A stretch of 64,000 bases of DNA from assembly GCA_000708835.1 (NCBI GenBank), contig DF237329.1, forward strand, positions 26,571 to 90,570, in the 5' to 3' direction. A program made the translations under genes and the position numbers. The notes beneath the pieces were generated by a model. It worked only from the letters and a program-made list of their open reading frames with translations, did no database searches and had not been told where the DNA came from. Below are positions 51,562 through 63,726 of the stretch, piece after piece. The stretch comes from Klebsormidium nitens. Taxonomy: Eukaryota; Plantae; Klebsormidiophyceae. Positions within the stretch are counted from its first letter, which is position 1; the number at the start of each line of letters is the position of its first letter.

Positions 51562-52791
51562 GTGGCGAGACCAGAGGTTGGGGCCCTAGAGACCATGGAC
51601 GGCGATTTCCATGAGCTGGAACGCATGACGCAGCCGGAGCGCAACTACTCCCAAATTCCCGAGGGGTTGATGCGGCTGCTAGAGGCACGCCTGAAAGAGG
51701 GCAGGGGGCGCAGCCGAGCAATCATTGCCCGCCACGTCGACCATTTCAGCTGCCTGAAGGGCGAGGACAAGGGTTGGGGTTGCGGCTGGCGAAATATCCA
51801 GATGTTTCTGTCAAACCTGCTGGCAAACGAGGAGGTGCGGAAAGTGTTTCCGGGGGAGGCGGCTGTGCCCGACATCCACAGCCTGCAACAATGGTTGGAG
51901 ATTGCGTGGAAGCACGGGTTTGACACTGAGGGTGCTGGGCAACTAGACTGGAAGGTTGTGGACACGTCCAAGTGGATAGGGACGACCGAGTGCGCCGTGA
52001 TTCTTCGGTCATTAGGGATCCGTGCGAGCATCGTGCAGTTTGACGCGTCTGCTGCAATCAAGGAGCGGGCCATGGGCGCGAACCGAGATGCCGATGCTTT
52101 GGAGACGACCGTGGTGACAGGGTCTGGGTACACGGAGGACTTCAAGCGGATGCGCTGCGCGCGGTGCAAGAAGTGCCCGATCGGGAAGCACTATTACCGC
52201 TGCACGGTCAAGGAGAACTACAACGTGTGCGGGGACTGCAAGGCCGCGCTCGACACCGAGTTCAACAAGCACCCCGTGAAGCGCCTGAACCACTTTGTGA
52301 GGGTGGAGGCGCCCGACTGCGACAGCGCAAGCACGTCCAAGGGCGGGGAGGCGCACTTTGAGTCGGATCCCAAGCACGGCATCCGGCACAACAAGCTCTT
52401 TGGGTGGGTCTGGCGCTATTTCACCGAGGATTTAGGGCTGGAGAAAGACGGTGAGGTCCCAAAGGAGTGCGAGGTGCGCGTGGTTGACAAGCCCCCGCTG
52501 TATTTCCAGCAGCAGGGGCACTCGCGCACGATCGTTGGCGTGCGCCGGGCGCAGCGGCGGCCAGGGGGATCCCCGGAAACATCGCTCCTGATCTTGGAGC
52601 CGTGCGAAGAGACGGAAGAGCTCGCGGCGATGCTCCGGGGGAGGGATCCCGCGTGGCGGCGTGTGCTGGAGTTCGGCGAGCGCGAGCTTTGGAAGCCGGT
52701 GTATCAGATCTGCTATGTGCGGCCGGGGCTTATGTCCCAAGAAGAATTGGAGAAGTCGAAGGTGCTGACGAGCGTCAACTACAAGGAATGA
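51562..52791 (+). CDS. ZUP1/ZUFSP (Mug105-like) peptidase family C78 protein with an inserted ZZ-like zinc finger
   Basis: DKGWGCGWRNIQM, KWIGTTE, PPLYFQQQGHSRTIVG. First in-frame ATG at 51595. The frame is open back to a possible acceptor at 51456-51458. Confidence 0.85.
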   Translation: MARPEVGALETMDGDFHELERMTQPERNYSQIPEGLMRLLEARLKEGRGRSRAIIARHVDHFSCLKGEDKGWGCGWRNIQMFLSNLLANEEVRKVFPGEAAVPDIHSLQQWLEIAWKHGFDTEGAGQLDWKVVDTSKWIGTTECAVILRSLGIRASIVQFDASAAIKERAMGANRDADALETTVVTGSGYTEDFKRMRCARCKKCPIGKHYYRCTVKENYNVCGDCKAALDTEFNKHPVKRLNHFVRVEAPDCDSASTSKGGEAHFESDPKHGIRHNKLFGWVWRYFTEDLGLEKDGEVPKECEVRVVDKPPLYFQQQGHSRTIVGVRRAQRRPGGSPETSLLILEPCEETEELAAMLRGRDPAWRRVLEFGERELWKPVYQICYVRPGLMSQEELEKSKVLTSVNYKE

Positions 52792-54158
52792 TTTGTTGGG
52801 GAGTGCTGGCTAGGGTTAGGTTCGGACAGGTTATCTGCGCACGCAGCCCGTGCACGCAGTTCAAACAGTAGTGGAACCGTCGCTCGCAGGGGTCGGCGGT
52901 GGTCAATAGGGCTGCCTGCGCTAACCCGTTTGCTCGCTTTTTTATAGTTATGAAGCGCTTAGTCCTTCAACAACTGATCTACTGTCCATGTGAGCTTTTC
53001 ATCCAAGTGCTGGAACGTCCGCCGTACTTAGAATTGCTTCCTTGACATTATTGGCTTGTAGTTGCTGGCAGCACGCACGTGTGATGTCTGGCAGCTGCTG
53101 TGGTTCTGTCACACACACGAGATCAGTGTTTAAAGACTTGACGTGACAGTGGTTGGCACATTAGGGATCATGGAAGTCGGAAGGCCACGATGACATTCTG
53201 AAGCTGCCAGTGTTCGTGTATTGCAAAGAGCAGCATGTCTTCATGACGAAGTATGTTGGAATTGGGGCAATTGCGAAGCATGTTTTTAGGTTTGGTTGCG
53301 CCTGACCACTGTTAGAGCGCTCAAAAATTGCATCATGCAAGAGAATGTTGAGTCACGAGCTGGTCCTACCATTTAATATGTATGTAGCCTACTAGGACGG
53401 AAGAAAGTGCTGTAGACAAATTAAAGCAGCACAAATGTACAGACTGTCCTATAAAGTCACCGTCATTGCCCCGCTATGTTTGATTTTCCATGAAGGCTCA
53501 TGCACGCGCTGCCTGCAGTCGTATACACCGTGCACGCAGCTTCCCACTGGATATACAGACATCCGATCCCACTGGCATGCATGCGATCTAGTCAGCTAGA
53601 ATACGGATGTCAATCTGCATATTTAAGGTACATGCTGTGCACTACGCCGTGCCGTCAAGAGAAGTGGGGACTAAGACAGGCCATGCAGGATATACACATA
53701 CGCTCCAACCAATCGTACATATGTGCATTCGAACTACAGCTCATCATTTTGTATAACTCGGGCCCAACGTTTCTATAGCGCTTCAAATGTTTTCACGTAC
53801 GAAGTCAAGAAGTTTTATATTGTGTTGGAGGCCCCTATCAAGATGCGTTAATTGGGGCCAAATTTTGCACCACGCACAACTTGCAATGCGGTACTAGCTA
53901 AACGTCACAATTGGTCCGGTCCGTGATCATGCAATTTTGACAACACAAGAGCGTGAAAACGTCGTCTCTAAGATAGCTGCAAAAGAAACGTATACGGGCA
54001 CGTGTGTGATGCATGCCACACAGCCTTGTAAAAGCCGCTTCAATACTCCAATGATGGATAATAAGGCGGCCACACCAATAACACTACAACATGGTTGATT
54101 CACGTCTGCACAGCTGCATAACGTGGCAGACCCAAGGAGCGGCCAGACATCAGTCACA

Positions 54159-57100
54159 CTAATAGGGTTTGTATGTAGTCGCACTAGATCCATCCTCTCC
54201 ACGTTTTTTCTCCACTTTTAGACGCTTGCCTCCAATTGTGATGCCATTCAACGCCTGAATGGCAGCATCTGCTGACTCAACATTGTCGTAACTAACGAAC
54301 CTGCACAACGAAACGCCCACTGTCAGAACATAAGCATCTTTGCCCCAGCTCTCCACACTCTCTCATAAAACCAACCTTCACCAGCAAGAAGCACGAAAAG
54401 ACTCCATTCAACACTGAACAGCTCAGCGCCTCTCTATCTTTGATCGAGTTCATGCAGCTAGAATCGCAACTGACTGTGGCTGCACGCACGCACTTGGGAA
54501 GAAGTGACCACCAAGATAAGGAAACCGCTGGAGCAACCAATCTCAACAACCATGAAACCAATCAAGATACGTGATTTTAAAAAGGGAGCCTCGACTGCAA
54601 AGCCAAGCGCTACAAAGGCGGCACGGCAGGACTAAAGAGGGCGTCCCCAAACGTGGCTCTCCAACATGTCCCTGCTGATTCGAAAAGAAGTACTCCTTTG
54701 GGCGACCTCCAGAGCGGAGTCTCGTCTAGACGGTCGCTTGGGCGGACCAATCCCCCAACGCCCTATTTGAGTTCTCTCCAGACCGGGCAAGAAACTCACC
54801 CGAACCCCTTGCTTTTGCCAGTGTCCCGGTCCATCCCGACCTTGGCGTGGATCACCTTCCCGAACGGGAGGAACGTCTGCAGTAGCTTGTCGTCGTCAAA
54901 GTCGTCAGGGATGCGGAAGATGAACAGGTTCGCCCCCGGGGGGCCCTGTAGAGAGAAGCACCGAGAGTGAACATTCATTGCTGGACTCTGTTCAGCTACA
55001 AGAAGCAGCTCCAATACGACGTGAAGGACTCAAACAAGCTGAGAGCCGAGTTCTCCAATGCAGGAGTCCTAAAAGGTAGCGAAGTGCAGGTTAGCCGCTG
55101 CTCGAGCGAGTCGCCGAAATGCGAGATGATTGGCACACATTTCACCGGGATGAAAAGCGTAGAAGTGCTGCCGCCATGGCGTCCGCAGGCAAAGGATACC
55201 GTACGGCCGGAGCCCCGTCCTATTTTACAAATAGGACGCAGCTTATAACAAATAGGACGAAGCTTGATCAGCTATTTGAAAAGCCAATATACTTGTTGCA
55301 GCCTTCTCAGGAAGAGAACCACGTAATGCAGCCTACTTCTCAAGAAGAGGGAAGGCAAAAACAGGACGAATGAAAGACCATACGTGATAAGAAGAAGGTA
55401 TGCAAAGAAGTGAGGTAAAGGAGCATCCAGCTCACGTTCTGATGCTGATACTGGGCCGCCTTCCCACCAGCGGGCGGTGCGGTGAATGCGGGCTGTTGGG
55501 GGGGCTGATACGGGGCGGCTTGGGGAGGCGCGTACTGCTGAGCAGGAGCCGAGTACTGGGGCGCAGCGTATTGCGGCTGCAAATGAGGGGGGAACAATCA
55601 GAACTCTGCGTCTGAGTTTGACTGGAACACGTGAGGAGTAAACGTTAACCCGCTTTTGCTTAGATAAATTACAGAAACAGCGAGATTTACTGGGCTGATA
55701 ACGGGGCGGCTTGGGGAGGGGCGAACTGCTGAGCCGGGGCCGAATACTGGGGCGCAGCGTATGGAGGCTGCAAAGGAAGGGGCATAGTGTTTCTCATAAT
55801 CCTGACTGAGACGACGCGTGTTAAAAAGTGTCTACTCGACATGCGTACCCTTTGCATGCAAAACGGGAACAGCGAAACATGATGAGGCTTTGCACAACCA
55901 ACTTAGGGTCATCCCTAAGACCGGTATCCACCGCCGCTTGATGCAAACCGTGAAGAAAGTGCAACAAATGGACGAGAGGAAAGCACTGAGCAATCTAAAT
56001 CCACTCCCCTGGCAGTGGCCGGCGAGAGTCATCTCGGCCGGCTTTTACTTGTGCAAATTAAGGAGAAAAGAAGAGGGGACCGGCCAGCTTCCTCAGGTGC
56101 AGACGACAAGGAGAACATAAGAAGAACATGCAAACGGAAGGGAACATGTGCAGGATACCGCAGCCCCCCGGGGCCACGGCAGGCACTGCCATTTCGGCTG
56201 GCTTTTGGCTTTTCTTTCTGTAGGCCAAAGAAAAAGAAACGAGAAAAAGGAAACCATTGAAAGAGGGAATGCATGTGAAGGAACCGCGGCTCACCTGCGC
56301 AGCCGGGGGCGCAGACATCTCCGCCGGCTTCTCCCAGGAGCTCTGCCCCGTCTTTGCGTTGTAGTAGTACTTTAGCCCCTCCGGAGACGTGTGCTCCGTC
56401 CAGTCGCTCGCGGCTGGGGCGGGCGCGGCCGGCGCATACTGGGGAAGAAAAGAACGTGTCAGAACCGAATGACAGGAACACGAAACTTCCCGTGGATCCT
56501 CAAAGGCATCGGCTTCCAGCTTGTTACCATATTTTCGATCTGGTACTTTGACATTACATGTGCCTTGACACACGAGGTGATGGCGAAGGGGGATTTCGGC
56601 AGTCTTCCCCGGATGCCCGCGCTGTCTATCCATTCATTCACTAGGCATAGCATTCACGAAGACTTGCTGCAGCTGTGATTTACAGTAGAATCAGTTGGAG
56701 TGGGAGTTGGAGTGGGAGTCAGAGACCGAAGACAGAAGGGACAGACGACATGACGGATCCTCTTGAGGTGACGATAACAAAAGTGTCTGACAAGACAAGA
56801 ACGGACGAATCTAGCAAGTAAAGAGGACGAACAAAAAGCAACGAAGCAGCGCTGTCTTGGAAAAGCTCTTTGATCCGCACCTGGGGGGGTGACCGGACTG
56901 GCTCTTTCGCCGGACCGTCGAAGCCCTCCGGTTTCTCCCAGGCGCTCTGCCCCGTCTTGGCGTTGTAATAGTACTTGTACCCCTCGGGGGAGGTGTGCTC
57001 CGACCAATCGGATTGCGCAGCGGGGGGACACCGGGGGGGGTGCTGGGGCGTAGGCTACCGGGGGGGCTGGTACTGCTGGGGGGGCGGGCGTACTGAGGAA

Positions 57101-60100
57101 AAGAGGAATACTGGTAAGATTAGTGGTAGGTTCGTGGTTAAGGTTAGTGATTGGCAGTAGCGGTTGAATGAGAAAAGAAGTGGACAGTAAAAAATTGCGC
57201 GACTAGTGGGACGTTGTGCTACTGGGGGGGGCTGGTACTGCTGGGGGGGCGGGGCATACTGAAGGAGGGGGGGAAACAATGGTTGAATTTGATGGTTGGG
57301 TTTGGTGGTCAGGGTCAGTATTTCGACGTTGATGGTCAAGTGAGAAAGAAGTGGACAGTAAGAGAGCGCGTGATAAGTGGGACGTTGTGCTACTGGAGGG
57401 CTGGTACTGCTGGGGGGGCGGTGCATACTGGAGTAAACAGGAAAGGTGGTTAAGGTCAGTGGTTAAGGCTGGTTGTTGAGATTATTTTCAGATGTCAGAA
57501 TTTAAGTGGGAAAAGAAGTGGACAGAGAGAAAGCGCGTGACTCGTGGGACGTTGTGCTACAAAGTTGGGCTGGTACTGCTGAGGAGGGGGGAGCGTAGTC
57601 GACGAGAGGGGGTGCGTAAACGGGAGGGAATAACAGCAAACAAGAAAGTATTCAGTGGGAAAGGACGTGGTAAGTGGGAAGTGTACAATGACATGCAGAC
57701 TTGACCGACATGTGTAAAACCTGTCAGCCAAGGGAGGTCTCGAGCCAAGTCGAACACGGTAAGTACTCAACATCTGCTCCCGTGCATTTAGAGTCAATGT
57801 TATGGAATGATCGTGCACGACCACTTCGGTGGATCCAGTGGCAGGTTTTATATTGTGTTGTTGTCTTAAAGATCATGCACAGACTTTCAAAGAGGCATCG
57901 TTCTCCACAAGAGTTCTGACAAAGGGATCAGACGGAGACTTGACACAACTACCCTGGCCTTGGATATCTAAATCTTCACCTGCGGTTGCTGTACCGGAGG
58001 CTGGTAATAAGACGGCTGTTGGGGGGGTGCGTATGGCGCCGGCTGATACGGAGCCTGGGGGGCGTATCCCCTGCCGGCATAAGGAGGCCCCCTCGCGGGG
58101 GCCGCATATGGAGCTCCGTACTGGGGAGGGGGGGCTCTCGAACCGGGACCCCTGTGAAAGACACGCAGAGCGGATGAGGCAGGGACAAAGCCGGAAAAGG
58201 CGGGGACCAAAAAGAGGTAGATGGCGAATTATTGAGCAATCGACGAAGCTGGAAAACAGTGTTTGTGCGGACTCGATCCCGGGGAGGAGGGCTCTTGATC
58301 CGAGACCCTCAGAGACACAAGCAGCGGGAATGAGACAGGGAACAGCCGGAAAAGTGGGGGCAACTGAACCGAGAAAGGAATTACATGCGAATGAGGAAGA
58401 CGGAAGAAGGCACACAAGCAGGTGAAGCGGGGCGCTTTAATCAATACCCGTGCGAGCCGTCCAATCTTCTAAGGACTCCGTTACCTATGGTCAGAGGGGA
58501 GTGTATCGCATGAACATTAGTCGGTTGAATAGCGGAAAGGGAGAATCTTGTGATTGTTACATACAAACCTATCATAACGATAAGGTTGCGTACCTGCCCC
58601 CAGCATACGCCGGTTCCCTACCCGCCCTAGGTCTGCAAGGATGAAAAACATGAGGCTTGAAGAATCAACTCCACTCATACTGACAGCAGCAAACCCATAT
58701 TCTCTGGCTTGACGATGCTACTACGTTCCTTGACCATATGTTTGTGACCAATGGACCCTTTGCAACGACTTTTGAGGTTTCCTTACAGGTTGCCCTTCAC
58801 AAGTTAGCGAATCGGACTACGAACAACTGTAACACTTTCAAAGCAGTAAGGACGTCTACATCGCGAGTTGTTTGAAGGGGAAATGTCCACATTCCGAACT
58901 TCAACACAGTACAATCCTCAATTCTGAGAGGTTTTCGACTCGCGCCCTGCAAACGCTCAGCCTTTGATCCTCTTATACAGGCAGGACACCAGCCTGATGC
59001 TACAGAACTTTCAACCCCGTAATGCCTGTTTCGTTCGTGGGCAAGTAAGGACTCGACAGACTGTGTGCACTCACTCTTCCCGCTCCCCCCTCCGCTTGGT
59101 GTCTGCAAAGCGGACTGCCAAAGGATACTCGCCGTTCTGCACAATAACAGATCATGAGGTTATGAACTCATTGCTTGCTGCAAACTACAAACCCTACAGA
59201 CGACGAACCTCCCAGACTTCTTGATGAGGCAAGTGGAGTCTCTCCAAAGCGGTAGAAGAAGCAGAGTCAACAGGTGAGATTGCAGCGTCAATTAGGATGG
59301 ACGTAGCATCCAACGAAGTGGAAGATTTCAGTCGAGACCGTATAAGAAGAGGTCCATCTGGACGGTTCAACGCAACGAGCTTCTTTCCATCCAGGAAGAG
59401 ATGCCGATACAGAGTGCCACTTTTGAATTTCTGCTCTTCTATAACCTGTATATTTATCGATACTCTCACAAAAAGCTATCACACGTTGAGAAACAGCCAT
59501 AAGCGAGCAGATTGAAAAGTACGAAAGCAATTGTGACTCACCAGGATGGTCTGCGCTCCGTTCAGGGTCTTGATAGCGCCAAGAGCCGCGTCGCGCGAGG
59601 AGTACTTGACGAAACAGCACCCTGTAAGAGCCACCAACGATAGTGGCGTGTCAGCAACACAACGGAGTCACGCCGAGACCAAACATCAAAAAATGATTGC
59701 AAGATCAGGTCACTTCGAGTCCCCACAAATATCCCTTTCCACATCTTTTCTGGTCAAACCATTCGTTTCTCTGAGTGTAATTACGAGAAATCGGGTGAAA
59801 AACTGGTACCAACCTCAGCTGACGTCAGAATGTTGCTCACCTCTGCTGACCTTGTCCGGGCCCCTCATAACGTACAGATCCTCAATCTCTCCATAAGGAG
59901 TAAATACCTGCAGGGATCGATTCGGGTGCCTTGGTGGCTCTTGAAAAAGGAGGGGTTCCTTCAAGGTACACAGGCGCTTGGCAGACTCAAAGAAAGGGAG
60001 TCAAGCTTTAAAGAAAATTCGTTGAAGAACAAAGAGAGGAGCAGGTACCCAGAATCTTGGAATCAAAGGAATCAGCCAGATGGACGGATTGTGCCTTGGG

Positions 60101-63100
60101 CAGTCCAAATCGTAAATCGAAAACCAAATGCTTCCTCTTCAGAAGAAGGCTTTGGAGATCAAGAAAAGGCTGGGCAAATGCTTATCCAAAAGCTGTTCAG
60201 GGAGAGAAGGGGGATGGCGAAGGTTCCTTAAGATACGAAGCCTACGGTGAAGCGCAAGTCATTAAACAAGTTAGTGCTTTGGTAAGGAGTCCCGTCTCTG
60301 ATTGGGACACCCAACAGTTAAGACGGCTCTGCAAGCAGCCTCACCTCTCTGATCTCGTCCTCGGTCGCTGTCTTGTTCATGTTCCCCACGAACAGCTTGT
60401 GCTCCACGTTGCCTGCACCAAAAAGTGGCCAACACGTCGTCAGTTTGAAAGATTGGACATGTACAGCAATCATCCACACACCAAGCAAACTATCTGATAG
60501 CAGCAGAGGCGTTGAGTTGATTGACTGTCATTTTATGTCCAGATGACTGAGCAAGGCCATCAGGAAACCGCCTTGCGGACGAAGTTGCTCACTATTGCTT
60601 CACGATCAAACGAAGTGCCAGGCTCTGCTTACCGAGGCGCTCCCTCTCTCCATCTGCATAACGGACCTGGATTGGTCCGTTGCCCTGCAATACCGCGTGC
60701 ACAATAATGAGCCACAAAGTAGGGCAGGCTTGAAGCACACAGGCAGTCAAGATGAGCTGAGAACGAATATTCAGGAGTCCCAATAATATTCTGGACATGA
60801 ATCGTCACTTTTCTTACGCACCATAAGAGGTGTCCCATGCTCAATTATACCAATCAACAAGCTACCTGGCAGAAGCGGAGTTGGGGGGGTAAACAGACTC
60901 TTCATCACATGATTGTATGACATGATGTGTAGGGAAAGCCACAGGGCAATAGAAAGTGAAAGGATAAGAGGACTCACCCCAGGTAGTTGTTTCATGTTAT
61001 GGAGACCTGCAATTGCTTTCTCTGCTTCTTCTACAGTCTTGTATTTGATAAAAGCACATCCTGCATAAGACATGATCATGCCGCCATGAAGTCAACATAT
61101 GCTTGAGCATGTAATACATTTCTAGACAAGCAGGCAGTCAGGTAAGCTGCGGCAGTGAGAACCAAGTGCCACTTATCATGACAGAGGCTAGCCTGAGGAG
61201 AAAAATGAGTGAGTAGATATGTTAGACATCCTCTTGCACACGGGATGTGTATGAGTGACTTTGATGTGAGAAGTGGTACTGAGATGAAGAAGGAGCAATG
61301 CAGTCAGAAAGATGCTTGGCTAGGAACAGATTGCCTATACATTGAATATGTAGGCCAAGAATGCTCTACGAAGCATTGACAACAAGATCCGATTCAATCT
61401 GCTTTGTCCACTTCCAATCAACCACAACATAGCTCTATGATAGGTAGCTCGTCATGACCACCACTCGTGTGTCGCATCTGTGCCAAAGTAAGATGGGTCG
61501 ACATCCACACATCTGGCCAAAGTAAGATGAAACGACATCCACCCAACGAACAGACAGAAATCATGGGAAAACCGCCCCAGAAAATGGACCCTTGCCATCA
61601 TTGGAAAGCATGAGCATGCTGTCCGTCCATGTAGTGCCTGCACTGACCATGTTAGAAGCACAACACAGATGTGCATGGTGCAGCTGTGCTAAGAACATGG
61701 GGTTTCTCATGCTTCCAATCAACGATACATTAGGCAAAATCTGGAGACATGAGCGTCTACTTAATCTGTCTGACTTCTGAGGCCATTGCTTCGCCCTGTT
61801 CTGAGCTGTCACCGAGGCCCCTGTACACGGTTAGCCCCAAATCAGCCACCAGGTCTTGAGATCTTCTCAGAAGCAGAAGTCGAACCCCAATCAAGCAAAT
61901 AACGGAAGAAAACTCACCATAAGAGCCATGAGTGGCATTGACTCGAGCAGCACCCATAGATAGAGAACTTACCATAGACCGCCACCATTACTAAACTTGG
62001 TGTCATATGCCCCAGTCAAGTATCATGACTTGCTTCTCTCTCATGCTGCTTACTTTCTGGAAAATCAGCAGTCTGACTGCCAAACCGGAATGTACAATGT
62101 CAATCAGGGTCAAGAACAAGAACTTACCTTGACTTGTACCGGTAATTTTGTTCTTGATGAGCACAATCTCCAAGACCTCCCCGTATTCATCAAAGAGAGG
62201 CTTAATCTGCATCAGACAAGGAAGACTTGCATTTTTCATGTGACCACCGAGCCATCCACCCGTGCACCAAGAAGAAAAGGGGGCTACGTTTTGAAATGCT
62301 AGCGTGTCTTGGTTACCTTTACAGGATTGCCGCATTCATAGCATTGGACTTCAAGATATACGGACATTTTGAAATCCACAATCCTACGAAAGATGCTTAC
62401 AACAGCACCAGCTTGCAGCTTCAAGACACTGATGTCAAGAGGATATTGCTGCTTACCTCTCCCTCTGTGAATGTCTTCGGAATTGATCCCGCAAACAGCT
62501 TCACATACTCCTGGATAAGGGTTGCCGAGTGAGGAGCTGCAACAAAGAAGACGTGTGCTTCAATTAGTTAGGCGCAGCAAAATACCTGTACAAAGCCGCT
62601 ATTATCTGAAAATGCCTGAATCTGAAGGACTGGTTTTATTATCCCTCAAGAAGGTAGGATGATTGCATGCAAGAGCTGAGGCAGTGATAATCTGCGCTCA
62701 AGGCGTGCACAAAAAGGAGCCTTGTAGAAAGCAATGGAAGACGACTCTGATGTTCCAGCAGCATCTGTTAAGGGAAAGAAGAAAATTGTCCCTCAGGAGA
62801 AAAGATTGAATGGCTGACAATTACCGAATGCATCGGTATAAATATTCTTATCTTGAAGTCTCACGCTGAAACCATATGCTGGATACCAGAAAAAAAGAGC
62901 GAATATGTTTGACAATCACAGCAGGCGGAGTGGTGGCATCCAGCAAGCACTCCCAGCCAAAGGAGAGTGCTGCAGAGTGTTGCAGATTGAAGGCAAACAC
63001 AAAGAGCAAGGTGGTCTGGGAAAGGGTGCGTCTCTACAAACAGACCACTATCGAAAGCTGCTTCCACCCTGATCAGTTGACAGCTTGCGACAGAGAATTG

Positions 63101-63485
63101 CTTTTACCATACTGAAGGCAATATTGTAGCGCCATGACTAGGATCATTCAAGCATTACACCATCAATTAAGATCACCTCCCATCGATATCATTGCCCTGA
63201 CAATGATATTCATGATCAATATATATATCTATTCAAAACCCTGCAACGATTGGAGTTGCCACTTTAGTGGATGCACATAATACCTGGAGTGTTTGGCGCC
63301 ACTGGCTCCGTGCCAGGAACAGGGACATCGCTAGTCAACCCGTTCTGCTCCTCCTGCTCATGTTGCTCCTCCTGCTCATGATGCTCATGATGAGCGCTCT
63401 GCAAATTTTCAAAATGCTGCTGCACCTCAGCCGTCTGCTCCTGCTCTGGGTTCGTGGCTGGGACCTCGGCGCCTCCGTCCGCCAT
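54159..63485 (-). CDS. FCA: FCA-like RNA-binding protein (RRM-RRM-WW-WW-RRM), 14 exons
   Basis: Exons 63485-63284, 62536-62457, 62206-62128, 61060-60978, 60684-60633, 60412-60345, 59907-59841, 59621-59542, 59136-59075, 58632-58594, 58151-57980, 57092-56881 (C-runs break the frame by a net 1 nt), 56438-56295, 55576-55436, then 54945-54800 and 54300-54159 (16 coding segments if the two RRM3 exons are counted). [15 protein letters not shown] and [26 protein letters not shown] are FCA-like. [13 protein letters not shown] is CELF/BRN RRM3-like. Confidence 0.85.
57050..57610 (-). repeat. Four tandem units of about 165-190 bp, each holding an acceptor site plus the start of the WW1 exon
   Basis: CAG|TAYGC..CCCCCCAGCAGTACCAGCCC..GTAGC occurs at about 57095, 57262, 57430 and 57600. 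The three upstream copies continue as ACAACGTCCCAC...TACTGTCCACTTCTT. Confidence 0.85.
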
Positions 63486-63726
63486 AGCTGCCAGTGCAAA
63501 CAAGGCGTCGCTTGCTCGTCACGTCCTCGCTTTTCTCGTCTTCTGGCACCATGCAGCGCTTGGCCAGCCTGTGACTTCCAGAACTCAAAACTTCCAGTTC
63601 GTCGAGTCCGACCTGTCACAGTCACGCAAAACGGACAAAGAAGCCAAACATTTTTGGGAATAGATTGCTCGTCGACGCAAAGTATGTCAACCGGGCACTG
63701 CTCATTCAGCACAACCGAGTGACTTT

